A DNA stretch of 64,000 nucleotides from an uncultured virus (IMG/VR IMGVR_UViG_3300042973_000010) (IMGVR_UViG_3300042973_000010), one strand, 5' to 3'; shown: positions 21,866 to 31,099, counted from the first letter of the stretch. Notes: generated from the letters alone by a model not told the origin. A program made the numbers and translations.

Positions 21866-22997
21866 TGTCGTTTTCCTCCATAAAATCATTTTTTGCTGTA
21901 TTCATGGCCGGGCGCTTGTCACTATCCGGCACAAGTGTGGGTTTGCCCTGTGGCTTTTCGATGTAAGCCGTCAGGAGTTCATCAAAGCGGGACTTGCCGA
22001 GGAGCTTCTGCATGGCGGTGATGCCGAGCAGCTTTTTCTCATACGGGTCAAAGCCTGCTTTCTCGACCGCATCAATGACGGCGGCCTCGTTGCTGTATCT
22101 GCGGTTGCTGCGTCCTTCGACGAGCTTAAAGCCAGTCCATTCCTTACCGGAGAGAGCCTGCTGCAGAGCGTATTCCTTAATATCGGAAGCCCAGCTAACC
22201 AGTTCATCTACCTTGCCGAGAATGACTTCGATCTCGGTATCCGTAAGCAGTGGCGGGAGCTTGAAATCATGCTGCGCGAGCTTCAGATTTGCCTCGGCTC
22301 TGGCGCGGCACTCGTTCTTAGCCTTACAGAAGCCGCACCATTCACCGCAGAGGAAATTCCCGTCACCGGCAAAGGCCAGATCTGCGGTAGGCTTCAATAC
22401 TTCATCTGCCCAGCGATACAGGTCGTCCTTGCTGATTTCGTAGGTGCTGACGTTTTGGCGTCTCGGTTGGTAAATGGTCATGGAAACCTGATCGATGTCG
22501 TAAATGTCATCGAAAAGCTCCAAAGCGCCGAGGGCATAACACTGCATCTGCGGATTCTCCTCTGCGGAGACTAAGACGCCTAAGCCGTGCTTGTAGTCGA
22601 TCACCCGGAGCGTACCGTCAGCGATGATGACGCAATCGGCGGTTCCGAAGCCCTGTTCTACCCAGCGGGAGAAATCTACACGCTGTTCGATAAGGACTAC
22701 CGGATCAGCGCAGATTTCCTTGGCGGCTTCGATCTGCTCCAGCACATATTCGGCATAGCCGGAGGTAGCATCCTCCATCTCCTCGGAATACCACTTGAGG
22801 TTGTCGGTTGGGTCTTCTGAAGGAAGTCCCAGCACCGTTTTCAATTTGTGCTCGCCAAGCGCATGAGCGTCGGTGCCTTCTGCAGCGTAGTCTGATCCTT
22901 TGTCCTCATAGGTTTCGCAGAGCCTTGCCGACGGCGGGCAGTGCAGCCACCTGTCGGAGCTGGACGCGGACAGGATTGCGTGTGCTTTAGCTGCCAT
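21858..22997 (-). CDS. DUF2800 (Cas4-like PD-(D/E)xK) nuclease
   Basis: LSASS..RWL.CPPS, FGTAD, IDYKHG, Q...YALG, C.FC.....C. Confidence 0.88.
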   Translation of the reverse strand: MAAKAHAILSASSSDRWLHCPPSARLCETYEDKGSDYAAEGTDAHALGEHKLKTVLGLPSEDPTDNLKWYSEEMEDATSGYAEYVLEQIEAAKEICADPVVLIEQRVDFSRWVEQGFGTADCVIIADGTLRVIDYKHGLGVLVSAEENPQMQCYALGALELFDDIYDIDQVSMTIYQPRRQNVSTYEISKDDLYRWADEVLKPTADLAFAGDGNFLCGEWCGFCKAKNECRARAEANLKLAQHDFKLPPLLTDTEIEVILGKVDELVSWASDIKEYALQQALSGKEWTGFKLVEGRSNRRYSNEAAVIDAVEKAGFDPYEKKLLGITAMQKLLGKSRFDELLTAYIEKPQGKPTLVPDSDKRPAMNTAKNDFMEENDNE

Positions 22998-23316
22998 TGC
23001 CGATCACCTCCGCGTCCTTCATCAGGGCTTCGTAGTTTGCCGGGTTGATCTCCGAGAGCTTTGCAGCACCGTACTTTTTAAGCAGGGCGCGTACCTCTGC
23101 GGTATGACCGGCGCGGGACTTTTCAGCAAGGACGGCTCTTACGTCCTCCAGCTTGAGTTCAAGCTTTGGTTTCTTCTTGGCGGGAGCCTCAGTGACTTTC
23201 GCTTCATCGTCATCACCGGAAAACTGCTGGTAGAGCCAGTCGGCTGCGGCATTAATAGAAGCAGCAGCGGTGCGGAGCTCTTCGATGGTCTGTGCCATTT
23301 CTGCCATCTTTGACAT
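22987..23316 (-). CDS. Conserved phage protein
   Basis: LEDVRAVLAEKSRAG...LLKKYGA.KLSEI motif; RBS. Confidence 0.75.
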   Translation of the reverse strand: MSKMAEMAQTIEELRTAAASINAAADWLYQQFSGDDDEAKVTEAPAKKKPKLELKLEDVRAVLAEKSRAGHTAEVRALLKKYGAAKLSEINPANYEALMKDAEVIGNGS

Positions 23317-23461
23317 TTTCTTTTCCTCCTTCCTCGGATTGGCTTGCGGCAAGGAGTGAGAGGTTCCTTGCCAGTCTGGCGGATACGTGGCTGATAGAAT
23401 TCAGGAGCTTGATCTCCTCGTTCACGTTGCCGCCTGTGTCTGCGTAACTGCGGTACATCAT
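23252..23461 (-). CDS. Small hypothetical protein
   Basis: GAGG RBS; first gene after the 23504 motif. Confidence 0.55.
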   Translation of the reverse strand: MMYRSYADTGGNVNEEIKLLNSISHVSARLARNLSLLAASQSEEGGKENVKDGRNGTDHRRAPHRCCFY

Positions 23462-23503
23462 GTTCACCTCGCTTTCTGAAGGCTGTGTTCTCTTGCCTTC
23501 ACC

Positions 23504-23536
23504 TTCCACTGGAGATGAACTGCCGATTTGAGCGGA
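23504..23536 (-). promoter_or_regulatory. Putative phage-sigma promoter, directly downstream of the sigma gene terminator
   Basis: TCCGCTCAAA-N11-TCTCCAGTGGAA. Confidence 0.7.
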
Positions 23537-23545
23537 GGATTTTAT

Positions 23546-23589
23546 AAAAAAATTCCGACCATCATCCCAAGGTGGGACAATGGCCGGAA
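23546..23589 (-). terminator. Intrinsic terminator after the sigma-like gene
   Basis: TTCCGGCCAT...ATGGTCGGAA stem followed by a T run. Confidence 0.65.
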
Positions 23590-23601
23590 AGGGTGTGATG
23601 A

Positions 23602-24126
23602 TTACTTGTTTTCGATCTTATGAAGCTCGGTGTAGTAGCGCTTCATTTGGTCAGCAAAGGTACGCTGCGGGCGACCGAGGGCTTCCGCGATCTTACGATC
23701 TGAAATCTTAGGATTGTCGAGGCGCATCTGGATAATGCGGTCTGCATCCGGATCAAGTTCGCGGAACCGGGCAATGAGGTGTTTGAGCAAATCGCGGTCA
23801 GCAATAATATCTTCTATAGAAGGTCTGCTGTCCGGAATGTAATCTCCAAGAGTGCCGTTGCCGTCCGGAAGCGGCTCGTCGAGAGAAGTGGTATCGGGAG
23901 CGTGGTATTCGCACAGGTCGCACTGCCCGTCGCATTTCCAGAGATAGCGTTTGGTGCACATGCAACGTCCATGATATTGCTCGCGTTTTTGTGTTGCCCA
24001 GATATCTGGATAGAGGGAACGATACTGCTCCTCGGTGATAGGGGTGAGTGTGACCTTGAAGGGATTCTCCGGGTCACGAAGTGGAAAGTAACGCTTGTTG
24101 TCATTGTTTTTCTTAGAATTTTTCAT
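23602..24126 (-). CDS. Phage sigma-70 region-4-like transcription factor with a Cys cluster
   Basis: CDGQCDLCEY, SLDEP, C-terminal SDRKIAEALGRPQRT HTH. Confidence 0.72.
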   Translation of the reverse strand: MKNSKKNNDNKRYFPLRDPENPFKVTLTPITEEQYRSLYPDIWATQKREQYHGRCMCTKRYLWKCDGQCDLCEYHAPDTTSLDEPLPDGNGTLGDYIPDSRPSIEDIIADRDLLKHLIARFRELDPDADRIIQMRLDNPKISDRKIAEALGRPQRTFADQMKRYYTELHKIENK

Positions 24127-24300
24127 TTTCGGTTCCTTTCTGAGCGAAAGGAGCCGAGAGAACGCAAAGCCGAAGTCATAAGAAACACAAATGGCCGGAT
24201 AACTCTGAAACATTGTGTTTCAAAGTCATCCGGCCATTTGGTAGTTCATCTCGACTCCGTTGCTCGGTATGCTTTGCGTATTAAGTTTTCGATTCAGTTG

Positions 24301-24495
24301 TTACATTCCTGCCTGCATTGCGTAAGCAGCAATACGGTTGTGGGAGGATTCCTTTACTGCTGACTCATCGCAAAGGATTTTTACGATGTGATTGCAGTTA
24401 GGACACTTGAGCTCGATGTACAGCTTTTCCTTCGGAATATCTGATACATCGCAGGCTCTCTTTCCACAAACGGGACATTTGAGCGGCTTGTTCAT
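24301..24495 (-). CDS. Com-like zinc-finger protein
   Basis: LKCPVCGK...IELKCPNCNH; strong AAGGAGG RBS. Confidence 0.65.
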   Translation of the reverse strand: MNKPLKCPVCGKRACDVSDIPKEKLYIELKCPNCNHIVKILCDESAVKESSHNRIAAYAMQAGM

Positions 24496-24510
24496 GCCTT
24501 CCTCCTTTCT

Positions 24511-24544
24511 TGTAGTATATAAGCGTGTTCGCTGATTTACTACA
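24511..24544. promoter_or_regulatory. 34-bp dyad operator upstream of the Com-like gene
   Basis: TGTAGTA-N3-AAGCG-TGTT-CGCTG-N3-TACTACA; second copy at 25742..25775. Confidence 0.7.
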
Positions 24545-24592
24545 CCTATGGTAAAAAATATGGGAATGCACCTGTGAGAGCACATTCCCGTG

Positions 24593-25342
24593 CTAACAAA
24601 AATATTCGTCGAGAGATAGTTCCTCTCTGGATACCAGTTTTAATTCCTGAAGCCGGTATTTCATGGGTGTGTAGTTGACACTGAATTTCTCGGCCAGTTC
24701 AGAAATTGCCTGATCGACATCGTAGGTTTTCGGAAGTGGTGCAGGCGGTGATGAACGTAAGCCCATTGTCTTAAGAAATTCAGCTGTGGCTGCCTCCCGT
24801 GGCATCAGGAATGCAGCAGCGCAGTAATTGGCTTGGTATTCAATGACCTCGATAGCGGACATGTTTGACCTGTCTCCGGTCTCTGCGCGGAAGGCTTTCT
24901 TCTGGCAGAAGTGCTGGTAATTTGCTGACCGATTCATAAAGCAGCGTGTATGAAGCTTCTGATGGAAGCATTCATGAATGCAGCTGAAGTTCTCGATTCC
25001 GCGATTGTCGCCCTCGTTGATACTCCGATCAATGATGATAGTTCCCTTCTCGACAGGAGTCTTTTTGGGAAACATCCCATTGAATACGATGTTGTCTGGC
25101 GGAGTCTCGTCGGCTTCATTGATGGGAATCCAAGCATAGTAGTAGCCGTTGTTGTAGGCTGTCATTCCAAGAATCGACTGATCCGGTGACAAGTAAAACC
25201 AGTCTGGCGTGCAGTGGATAAAATCCACCACGTCATATACATCAATTTTCTTAGGCCGGATAAGGCGTTCTTTGTCAAAAGACTCGTTCAGGCTGTCCGC
25301 CTCATTTTCGAGCTGGGTTTTGCTGTAGTCATAGTACCGCAA
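24593..25342 (-). CDS. ImmA/IrrE-family metallopeptidase
   Basis: HECFH (HExxH) and EYQANYCAAAFLMP; TTG start after GGAGG. Confidence 0.88.
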   Translation of the reverse strand: MRYYDYSKTQLENEADSLNESFDKERLIRPKKIDVYDVVDFIHCTPDWFYLSPDQSILGMTAYNNGYYYAWIPINEADETPPDNIVFNGMFPKKTPVEKGTIIIDRSINEGDNRGIENFSCIHECFHQKLHTRCFMNRSANYQHFCQKKAFRAETGDRSNMSAIEVIEYQANYCAAAFLMPREAATAEFLKTMGLRSSPPAPLPKTYDVDQAISELAEKFSVNYTPMKYRLQELKLVSREELSLDEYFC

Positions 25343-25343
25343 A

Positions 25344-25727
25344 TTACGTGTTGCCTCCGTTTTTTTCCTGATTTTCCAGCATGTCAATAATTTTCTGCCA
25401 ATCATCCTCACCGGCATTGATGTCACGTGCTTTACGAAGAGCAGTGCGGAGATTTCCGACACCCATCACATAGTCAGATAGATCAGGAGATACGCCGTTA
25501 TCTCTTGAGAGGGCAGCGTAGTCGAATAGCGTATTTGTGTCATCTTCGTTGAGACCCAGCACCTCAGCGATTTTATAGATTTTGTCTTTGTCTGGCGGAT
25601 ACCTCCTTCCTTTTTCAATATCGCTCATGTAAGCAGGGACAATGCCCAGCTCCTCGGCAAGCTTTCGCAGGCTGATTTCTTTCTCCTGCCTTTTGGCTTT
25701 TACAAATTCTCCGAATTTGTTTTCCAT
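25344..25727 (-). CDS. XRE-family HTH repressor (ImmR-like)
   Basis: FGEFVKAKR...SLRKLAEELGI...YMSDIEKG; paired with ImmA. Confidence 0.88.
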   Translation of the reverse strand: MENKFGEFVKAKRQEKEISLRKLAEELGIVPAYMSDIEKGRRYPPDKDKIYKIAEVLGLNEDDTNTLFDYAALSRDNGVSPDLSDYVMGVGNLRTALRKARDINAGEDDWQKIIDMLENQEKNGGNT

Positions 25728-25741
25728 GACGATCCTCCTTT

Positions 25742-25807
25742 CGTAGCATGTAAGCATGTTCGCTTAAATACTACACTAAGTATACACAGTTGCTTCAACG
25801 AAGTCAA
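25742..25807 (-). promoter_or_regulatory. SigA-type promoter of the repressor with a downstream dyad operator
   Basis: TTGACT-17-TATACT (25807..25779); operator 25742..25775. Confidence 0.72.
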
Positions 25808-26003
25808 GGGCTCAAATGTAAATTTTCTTTAAACGGTGGCACATGCCCTTAGCAAAAAGCAGGCGAGGAAATCTACAGTAGTACAGTGAACATGGGCTAT
25901 TTCTCAGACCTTCCGCGTTCGACCGTCTAAGAAGTGGAAGTATTTTTATTGCGGTACACGAGATATTTAATGCGCAAATGCAAATTTTTAATCTGAAATC
26001 AGG

Positions 26004-26032
26004 TTGAAATCTCTCGGCTGATGTGTTATAAT
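26004..26032 (+). promoter_or_regulatory. SigA-type promoter of HTH-hsdM
   Basis: TTGAAA-17-TATAAT with extended TGn. Confidence 0.7.
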
Positions 26033-26082
26033 TTATAAGGCGTCTTTTGCCGATAGGACTCTAATGGTTAGGAGGAGAATAC

Positions 26083-26304
26083 ATGGCAGTCAGCTATAAG
26101 AAATTATGGAAATTACTAATTGATAAAAATATGAAGAAAAAGGACTTAAGAGCTGCCAGCGGGATCAGCACAACAACACTTGCGAAACTTGGCAAGGATG
26201 AAAACGTCAGTACTGAAATCCTGTCGAAGATTTGTGCTGCCCTGAACTGTGATGTCGGAGACATCATGGAAATGGTGCCCGATGATTCGAAGGATGTGGA
26301 ATAA
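26083..26304 (+). CDS. Cro/C1-type (HTH_26-like) regulator
   Basis: MAVSYKKLWKLLIDK...KICAALNCDVGDIME. Confidence 0.88.
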   Translation: MAVSYKKLWKLLIDKNMKKKDLRAASGISTTTLAKLGKDENVSTEILSKICAALNCDVGDIMEMVPDDSKDVE

Positions 26305-27090
26305 ATGAATGGCAAAGACAATAAACAGACAAGGAGTTTTTTAAATATGAATCAGTCAACGTATAACGCATTGAAATCCTTTATCTGGGGAATCGCTAAC
26401 GATTGCCTTGTAGATGTATATGATGTGGGCGACTACAGGAAGGTCATTCTTCCGATGCTGGTCATCCGCCGTTTTGATGCGGTCTTGGAGCTGAAGCACG
26501 ATGAAGTGGTAGCGGCAAAGAAGAAATTCGAGAAGGACGGAGTCACTGTCGATATTGATCCTGCGCTCTGCGGAATAGCTGGACAGGCCTTTGTGAACAA
26601 GTCTGACTTCACGCTGCGTGACTTGAAGTCCAGAACGAATCAACAGCAGCTCCGGAAGGACTTCATCGACTACCTCGATGGATTTTCCAAAAATGTACAG
26701 GAGATCATTAATAAGTTTCATTTCCGGGATCAGATTCCGCGCCTTTCCGAGCAGGATAGGCTTGGATTGCTTATCGAGAAATTTGTCGATCCGAGCATCA
26801 ACCTCAGCAATAAGCCTGTTCTAAATGAGGACGGCTCTGAAAAATTGGAGGCACTTGATAATCATACAATGGGTACCCTGTTTGAAGAGGTTATCCGTAT
26901 GTTCAATGAGCAGACAAATGTGACAGACGCCGGACGCCACTTTACGCCGCGTGACATTATCGAGCTCATGGCCGACCTTGCCTTTATCCCGATTCAGGAT
27001 AAGATTCAGAGCACCACATATAGAATTTATGAAATCAAGACGCAAAATTGGATACAATTTAACGATTGCCCTCTCAGGGGTGTCGCTTGA
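26305..27090 (+). pseudogene. hsdM: Type I R-M methyltransferase subunit, 5' fragment truncated near 27030
   Basis: FIW.IA, ILP...RR.D, MGTLFEE.IR.F, AGRHFTPR; expected D..CG.GG motif after RIY is replaced by an unrelated 19-aa tail. Confidence 0.88.
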
Positions 27091-27138
27091 GAATTTGGGG
27101 TGTCGGTTTTACATGCCTTCTATATAGTTGATTTGGGT

Positions 27139-27170
27139 AACGTCGGGTCATTTCCCGACGTTTTATTTTT
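27139..27170 (+). terminator. Terminator-like hairpin
   Basis: AACGTCGGG-tcattt-CCCGACGTT then TTATTTTT. Confidence 0.6.
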
Positions 27171-27240
27171 GTGGCCACAAAAATATTGACAGAGAATGTG
27201 AAAGATAGTACATTGTAAATTGTTTCTGTGGCCACAAAAA
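27167..27240 (+). promoter_or_regulatory. Promoter flanked by two TGTGGCCACA palindromes
   Basis: TTGACA(27186)-17-TACATT; TTTTGTGGCCACAAAA at 27167 and TGTGGCCACAAAA at 27227. Confidence 0.75.
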
Positions 27241-27256
27241 CTAAGTGAGGTGTATT

Positions 27257-27727
27257 ATGGCAAGACCCAAGAAGAATGACGCGCGGGATATCGTATATAA
27301 AGTTCGTCTCAATGAAGAGGAAGACAAAATTCTCACAGAAGCAAGCGAATGGACTGGCCAAGCCAAATCTGAGGTCTTTCGAAAAGCTCTTCTCGATTAC
27401 TATAAGGCAGTCAGGGTAAATAAATATATTTCAGATTCCGATATGGAAGCTTCTGGATGGGACTTTGATCATATTTCTTTACAAAGAGTAATAACTTGCC
27501 CATACGATGATTGCGGAGATGATTTTGCAGTGGATTTTTCTGATTATAGTGAAGAACAGGAGTCTGAGGGCTCAATGGGTTACCGCTGTGAGCATGTTTT
27601 TGATACACATGAAATTGAGTGCCCTTCGTGTGGTCGCCCTATACATGCTTCTGGTGTTATTTCAGAATATCCACTTGGAGCGTATGAATACGAACGGATC
27701 TCTGTCGAAAAAGAGGAGGAAGAATAG
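27257..27727 (+). CDS. Putative RHH-like regulator fused to a Zn-ribbon domain
   Basis: YKVRLNEEE...KSEVFRKAL; CPYDDC and CPSC. Confidence 0.65.
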   Translation: MARPKKNDARDIVYKVRLNEEEDKILTEASEWTGQAKSEVFRKALLDYYKAVRVNKYISDSDMEASGWDFDHISLQRVITCPYDDCGDDFAVDFSDYSEEQESEGSMGYRCEHVFDTHEIECPSCGRPIHASGVISEYPLGAYEYERISVEKEEEE

Positions 27728-28561
27728 ATGGCAAAAGAGCCTTTATACAGAAGAATTCCTGAGGACGGAAAACATCCTGCGAATTCAAAAAAACACCCAG
27801 GCGCAATTAGCGGAGCCGCACTTGATGATGAAACAAATAAACCTTCTGGGACATCGGATTTTGAACCGGTAGGGATGAGCGAAGAAGATTATCTTCGCGT
27901 GCAGCGGAAGGTGGCTTTTTGGAGCCCGATTGTAGAGACAGTCATTAACAGTGCGTTTGATGGAATCGAATACTTGTGGTACACGAGAGCACTTCCCAAG
28001 CTGGAATACGAGATTATTCCTTCCGCAAAAAATAAGTTTGTTGCTTGGTGTAAACGGACATTCGGTAGGCAGGGAGAAGAAGCACAATCGACGAAAAATG
28101 CCGGTGTGGAAAAAACATTAAAAGCAGACATCGTTACCATCAGTCTTCCTGCTGATGTAGATACTGCCTATCAAAATTATACGATCAACATGACCAGTGA
28201 AGAAGCACAGAAGGAGTTATTCGAAGCCTTTGTTCTACAGTACCTAAGCATGAAAAAAATTCAGCGACTGTCCAATGCAAGGATAGTTGATGCTGAAGGG
28301 AATGTTATTACTGGAACCAAGGCTATGAAAAAACTGGCCGATTCGAACATCATTAATAGTATCAACCAGGTGCTTTCAAGCAATCCTATGCTATTGAACG
28401 AATGGGAAGCTAAAGCTCTCACGGAAGCTTTGGGGATTCCACCAGCGGAACTGTTACATATCTCCCCAGCCGAGAAGACTCATACGAACGGCTTCTGGAG
28501 GGAAACAAGCAGTTTCCCTCCGATGACGAAGATGTGGACGATGCCGCGATTAAGGCCGTGA
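27728..28561 (+). CDS. Hypothetical protein; C-terminus probably chimeric
   Basis: 277-aa ORF with GAGGAG RBS; last ~30 codons overlap a sigma remnant in another frame. Confidence 0.6.
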   Translation: MAKEPLYRRIPEDGKHPANSKKHPGAISGAALDDETNKPSGTSDFEPVGMSEEDYLRVQRKVAFWSPIVETVINSAFDGIEYLWYTRALPKLEYEIIPSAKNKFVAWCKRTFGRQGEEAQSTKNAGVEKTLKADIVTISLPADVDTAYQNYTINMTSEEAQKELFEAFVLQYLSMKKIQRLSNARIVDAEGNVITGTKAMKKLADSNIINSINQVLSSNPMLLNEWEAKALTEALGIPPAELLHISPAEKTHTNGFWRETSSFPPMTKMWTMPRLRP

Positions 28562-28746
28562 TGATCGAAAAAATGCTAACCTGCCTTAACCACCTCAGCA
28601 CGGAAAAACAGAAGTTGATTACCGCTCTGTTTTTTGATAATAAAAGCGAGCATCAGGTGTCCAGAGAAACTGGTGTTCCACAGCGGACCATTCACGACCG
28701 AAAGATAAAAATCTTGGCGAAATTAAAAAGACTCATGAATGAATGA
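28472..28746 (+). pseudogene. 3' remnant of a sigma-70 region-4 (ICE Orf7-like) gene
   Basis: EDSYERLLE...LNHLS...KLITALFF..KSE..VSRETGVPQRTIHDRKIKILAKLK. Confidence 0.65.
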
Positions 28747-29028
28747 AGCTCTCGGCTCCCCCTCGCTGCATAAAGGCGAGGGGGAGCTATCCTTTGGAGA
28801 TGATAGTAAAATAGGGACAATTAGTATTGTTCGTATGGTAATGTAGAACATGGCGAGTGCGGCACAACTCCGAGGAACACCTGAACATGACGTGGGGTCA
28901 AAACGTTTGCTGGTTTGATTGGGAAATGATTTTTTCAATAAGGAAAAAGTAATTATTTTTTTATGCTCACCATCTAAGATAACCCTATCGAATTAGCATT
29001 TTAAAACATGCCCTATCAGATTTTCGTC

Positions 29029-29078
29029 TTGACAACCGTTCGATTTTGAACTATAATTTTACGTGTTCAAAATCGAAC
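29029..29078 (+). promoter_or_regulatory. Consensus SigA promoter with two MarR-type operators
   Basis: TTGACA-17-TATAAT; GTTCGATTTTGAAC (29038) and its exact reverse complement (29065). Confidence 0.85.
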
Positions 29079-29103
29079 ACTAAGGTGCGTGAGGTAATTA
29101 CAT

Positions 29104-29556
29104 ATGAAAAACAATTTTTGGAACATGCTCAAAGAAGTTGAAAGCGCCTATAATTTTCACCGCAGAAAAGTTATGAACAAATATTCTCTCTCGGCAATAG
29201 AAGTAGATGTTATGTTATTCCTTGCGAACAACGGCGGCCTTAATACGGCTGCCGATATTGTATCTGTACGAAAAATATCCAAATCTCACGTCTCACTGGC
29301 GACAGACGAGCTTTATAAAAAAGGGTACATTTGCAAAAAAGTAGACTCGGCGAATAGAAAGCGGATTTGTTTGTTTATTACTCCAAAGGCCGATGAGATA
29401 GTCCGTTATGGGCAAGAACAACAGGAAGAATTCATGAAAAAGATCGGTGACGGGTTTTCGGAAGATGAGAAAAGGCAGTTCTTCGACTCTTTTGATCGAA
29501 TCATTGACAATGTCCGCCGCTTCTACAACGTGAAACCGAAAGAATCAACGGACTGA
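29104..29556 (+). CDS. MarR-family regulator
   Basis: ISKSHVS....L..KGYI....D..NRKR..L.IT. Confidence 0.9.
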   Translation: MKNNFWNMLKEVESAYNFHRRKVMNKYSLSAIEVDVMLFLANNGGLNTAADIVSVRKISKSHVSLATDELYKKGYICKKVDSANRKRICLFITPKADEIVRYGQEQQEEFMKKIGDGFSEDEKRQFFDSFDRIIDNVRRFYNVKPKESTD

Positions 29557-30971
29557 TGGAAAGACAAAAGAAACGGAGGACAATTATGGAAAAGGCACAT
29601 AATGAAGATAAGAGTTTCCTCGGTACAGAACCAATCAGGCCGCTTATGTTTCGCCTTTCTGTACCAGCAATTCTTGCCCAACTGATCAATGTTCTATACA
29701 ACATTGTGGATCGTATCTACATCGGCCATATGCCAGAGGTTGGCGGGTTGGCGCTTACCGGTCTGGGCGTGTGCACACCGCTCATTATCATCGTGTCGGC
29801 TTTCGCCATGCTGGTTGCGATGGGAGGAGCGCCCAATGCTTCCATTGAGATGGGCAAAAAAAACGACGAGGGAGCCGAGCACATTATGGGCAGCTGCGTT
29901 GCCTTGCAGCTTGTAATCTCCGCTGTGCTTACCGCAGCCCTGCTAATTTGGAACCGACCCTTGCTTTTAATGTTTGGGGCCAGTGAAAACACCATCGGCT
30001 ATGCATCCCAGTACATGAACATCTATGCGATTGGTATCGTCTTTGTACAATTAACCTTGGGCATGAATGCATTTATCACGGCGCAGGGTTATGCAAAAGT
30101 AAGCATGTACACGGTTTTGATCGGGGCAATCTGTAATATTATCCTTGACCCAATCATGATCTTCGGCATGAACATGGGGGTGCGCGGAGCAGCTCTGGCG
30201 ACAATCATATCTCAAGGAATCAGTTGCGTGTGGGTAATTCATTTTCTCACTTCCCCAAAAAGCAGCATCAAGCTCCGGATGAAAAATATCAGATTTGACA
30301 ATGTCCTTCTGTCCTGCGTAGCACTGGGTGCAGCTCCGTTTATAATGCAGGCAAGCGAAAGCATCATTTCTATCTGCTTCAATTCCTCCTTGCTGAAATA
30401 TGGCGGAGATATTGCCGTGGGTGCCATGACGATTCTGAGCACTGTGATGCAGTTTGCCATGCTGCCGATGCAGGGTTTTGCGCAAGGTGCTCAGCCGATC
30501 TCCAGCTACAACTTTGGTGCTCACAATTCAGCTCGTGTCAAGCAGACCTTTCGACTGCTTTTGATCTGTTGCTGTACCTATTCCGTATTGCTGTGGGTTG
30601 CCGTGCAGATATTTCCGCAGGTTTTTGCCTCATTATTTACAAATGATACCGCAATGGTGGCGTATACTAAAAGTGCATTACGTATCTACGCCGGTGCCAT
30701 GTTTATTATGGGCGTTCAGATAGCCTGCCAGATGACCTTTATCTCCCTCGGGAATGCCAAGACTTCAATTTTCGTAGCAGTATTCCGAAAATTTATCATG
30801 TTGGTCCCACTCATCTATCTTCTCCCCATGCTGCTACCTGATAAGACAGTAGCCGTGTATCTTGCCGAACCGATTTCAGATACTGCTGCGGTGATCTGTA
30901 CTGGTATTGTGTTTGCGAAAGAATTCAGAAAAGCGATAAAAAAGTTGGATGAAGGCCCGCACGACAATTGA
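29556..30971 (+). CDS. MATE-family efflux transporter (MepA-like)
   Basis: LYNIVDRIYIG, NIILDPI.IF..GVRGAALAT; many TM segments. Confidence 0.93.
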   Translation: MERQKKRRTIMEKAHNEDKSFLGTEPIRPLMFRLSVPAILAQLINVLYNIVDRIYIGHMPEVGGLALTGLGVCTPLIIIVSAFAMLVAMGGAPNASIEMGKKNDEGAEHIMGSCVALQLVISAVLTAALLIWNRPLLLMFGASENTIGYASQYMNIYAIGIVFVQLTLGMNAFITAQGYAKVSMYTVLIGAICNIILDPIMIFGMNMGVRGAALATIISQGISCVWVIHFLTSPKSSIKLRMKNIRFDNVLLSCVALGAAPFIMQASESIISICFNSSLLKYGGDIAVGAMTILSTVMQFAMLPMQGFAQGAQPISSYNFGAHNSARVKQTFRLLLICCCTYSVLLWVAVQIFPQVFASLFTNDTAMVAYTKSALRIYAGAMFIMGVQIACQMTFISLGNAKTSIFVAVFRKFIMLVPLIYLLPMLLPDKTVAVYLAEPISDTAAVICTGIVFAKEFRKAIKKLDEGPHDN

Positions 30972-30979
30972 GATGAATC

Positions 30980-31099
30980 ATGCCGACCTTCAATACTGAA
31001 AAAGGAACTGGACTTGGGCTGATCATTGCCAAGGGAGATATACAGCTATTAGATGGTGTTTTTTCACGCGGCGCAATTCGTTTGTTTCGATCAAATTAA
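30980..31099 (+). pseudogene. Histidine-kinase ATPase (G2 box) remnant
   Basis: Short frame encoding KGTGLGLIIAK...L.G. Confidence 0.45.

Larger units (their letters stand above)
1..25807 (-). mobile_element. Prophage L (siphovirus-like, HK97-type head); continues beyond the left edge, right boundary uncertain (may include HTH-hsdM to ~27030)
   Basis: Contiguous minus-strand immunity, replication, packaging, head and tail modules. Confidence 0.92.

Noticed and set aside
21858..22997. Cas4-like nuclease as evidence of CRISPR-Cas
   Set aside because: No repeat-spacer array or other cas genes; it sits in a standard phage replication module
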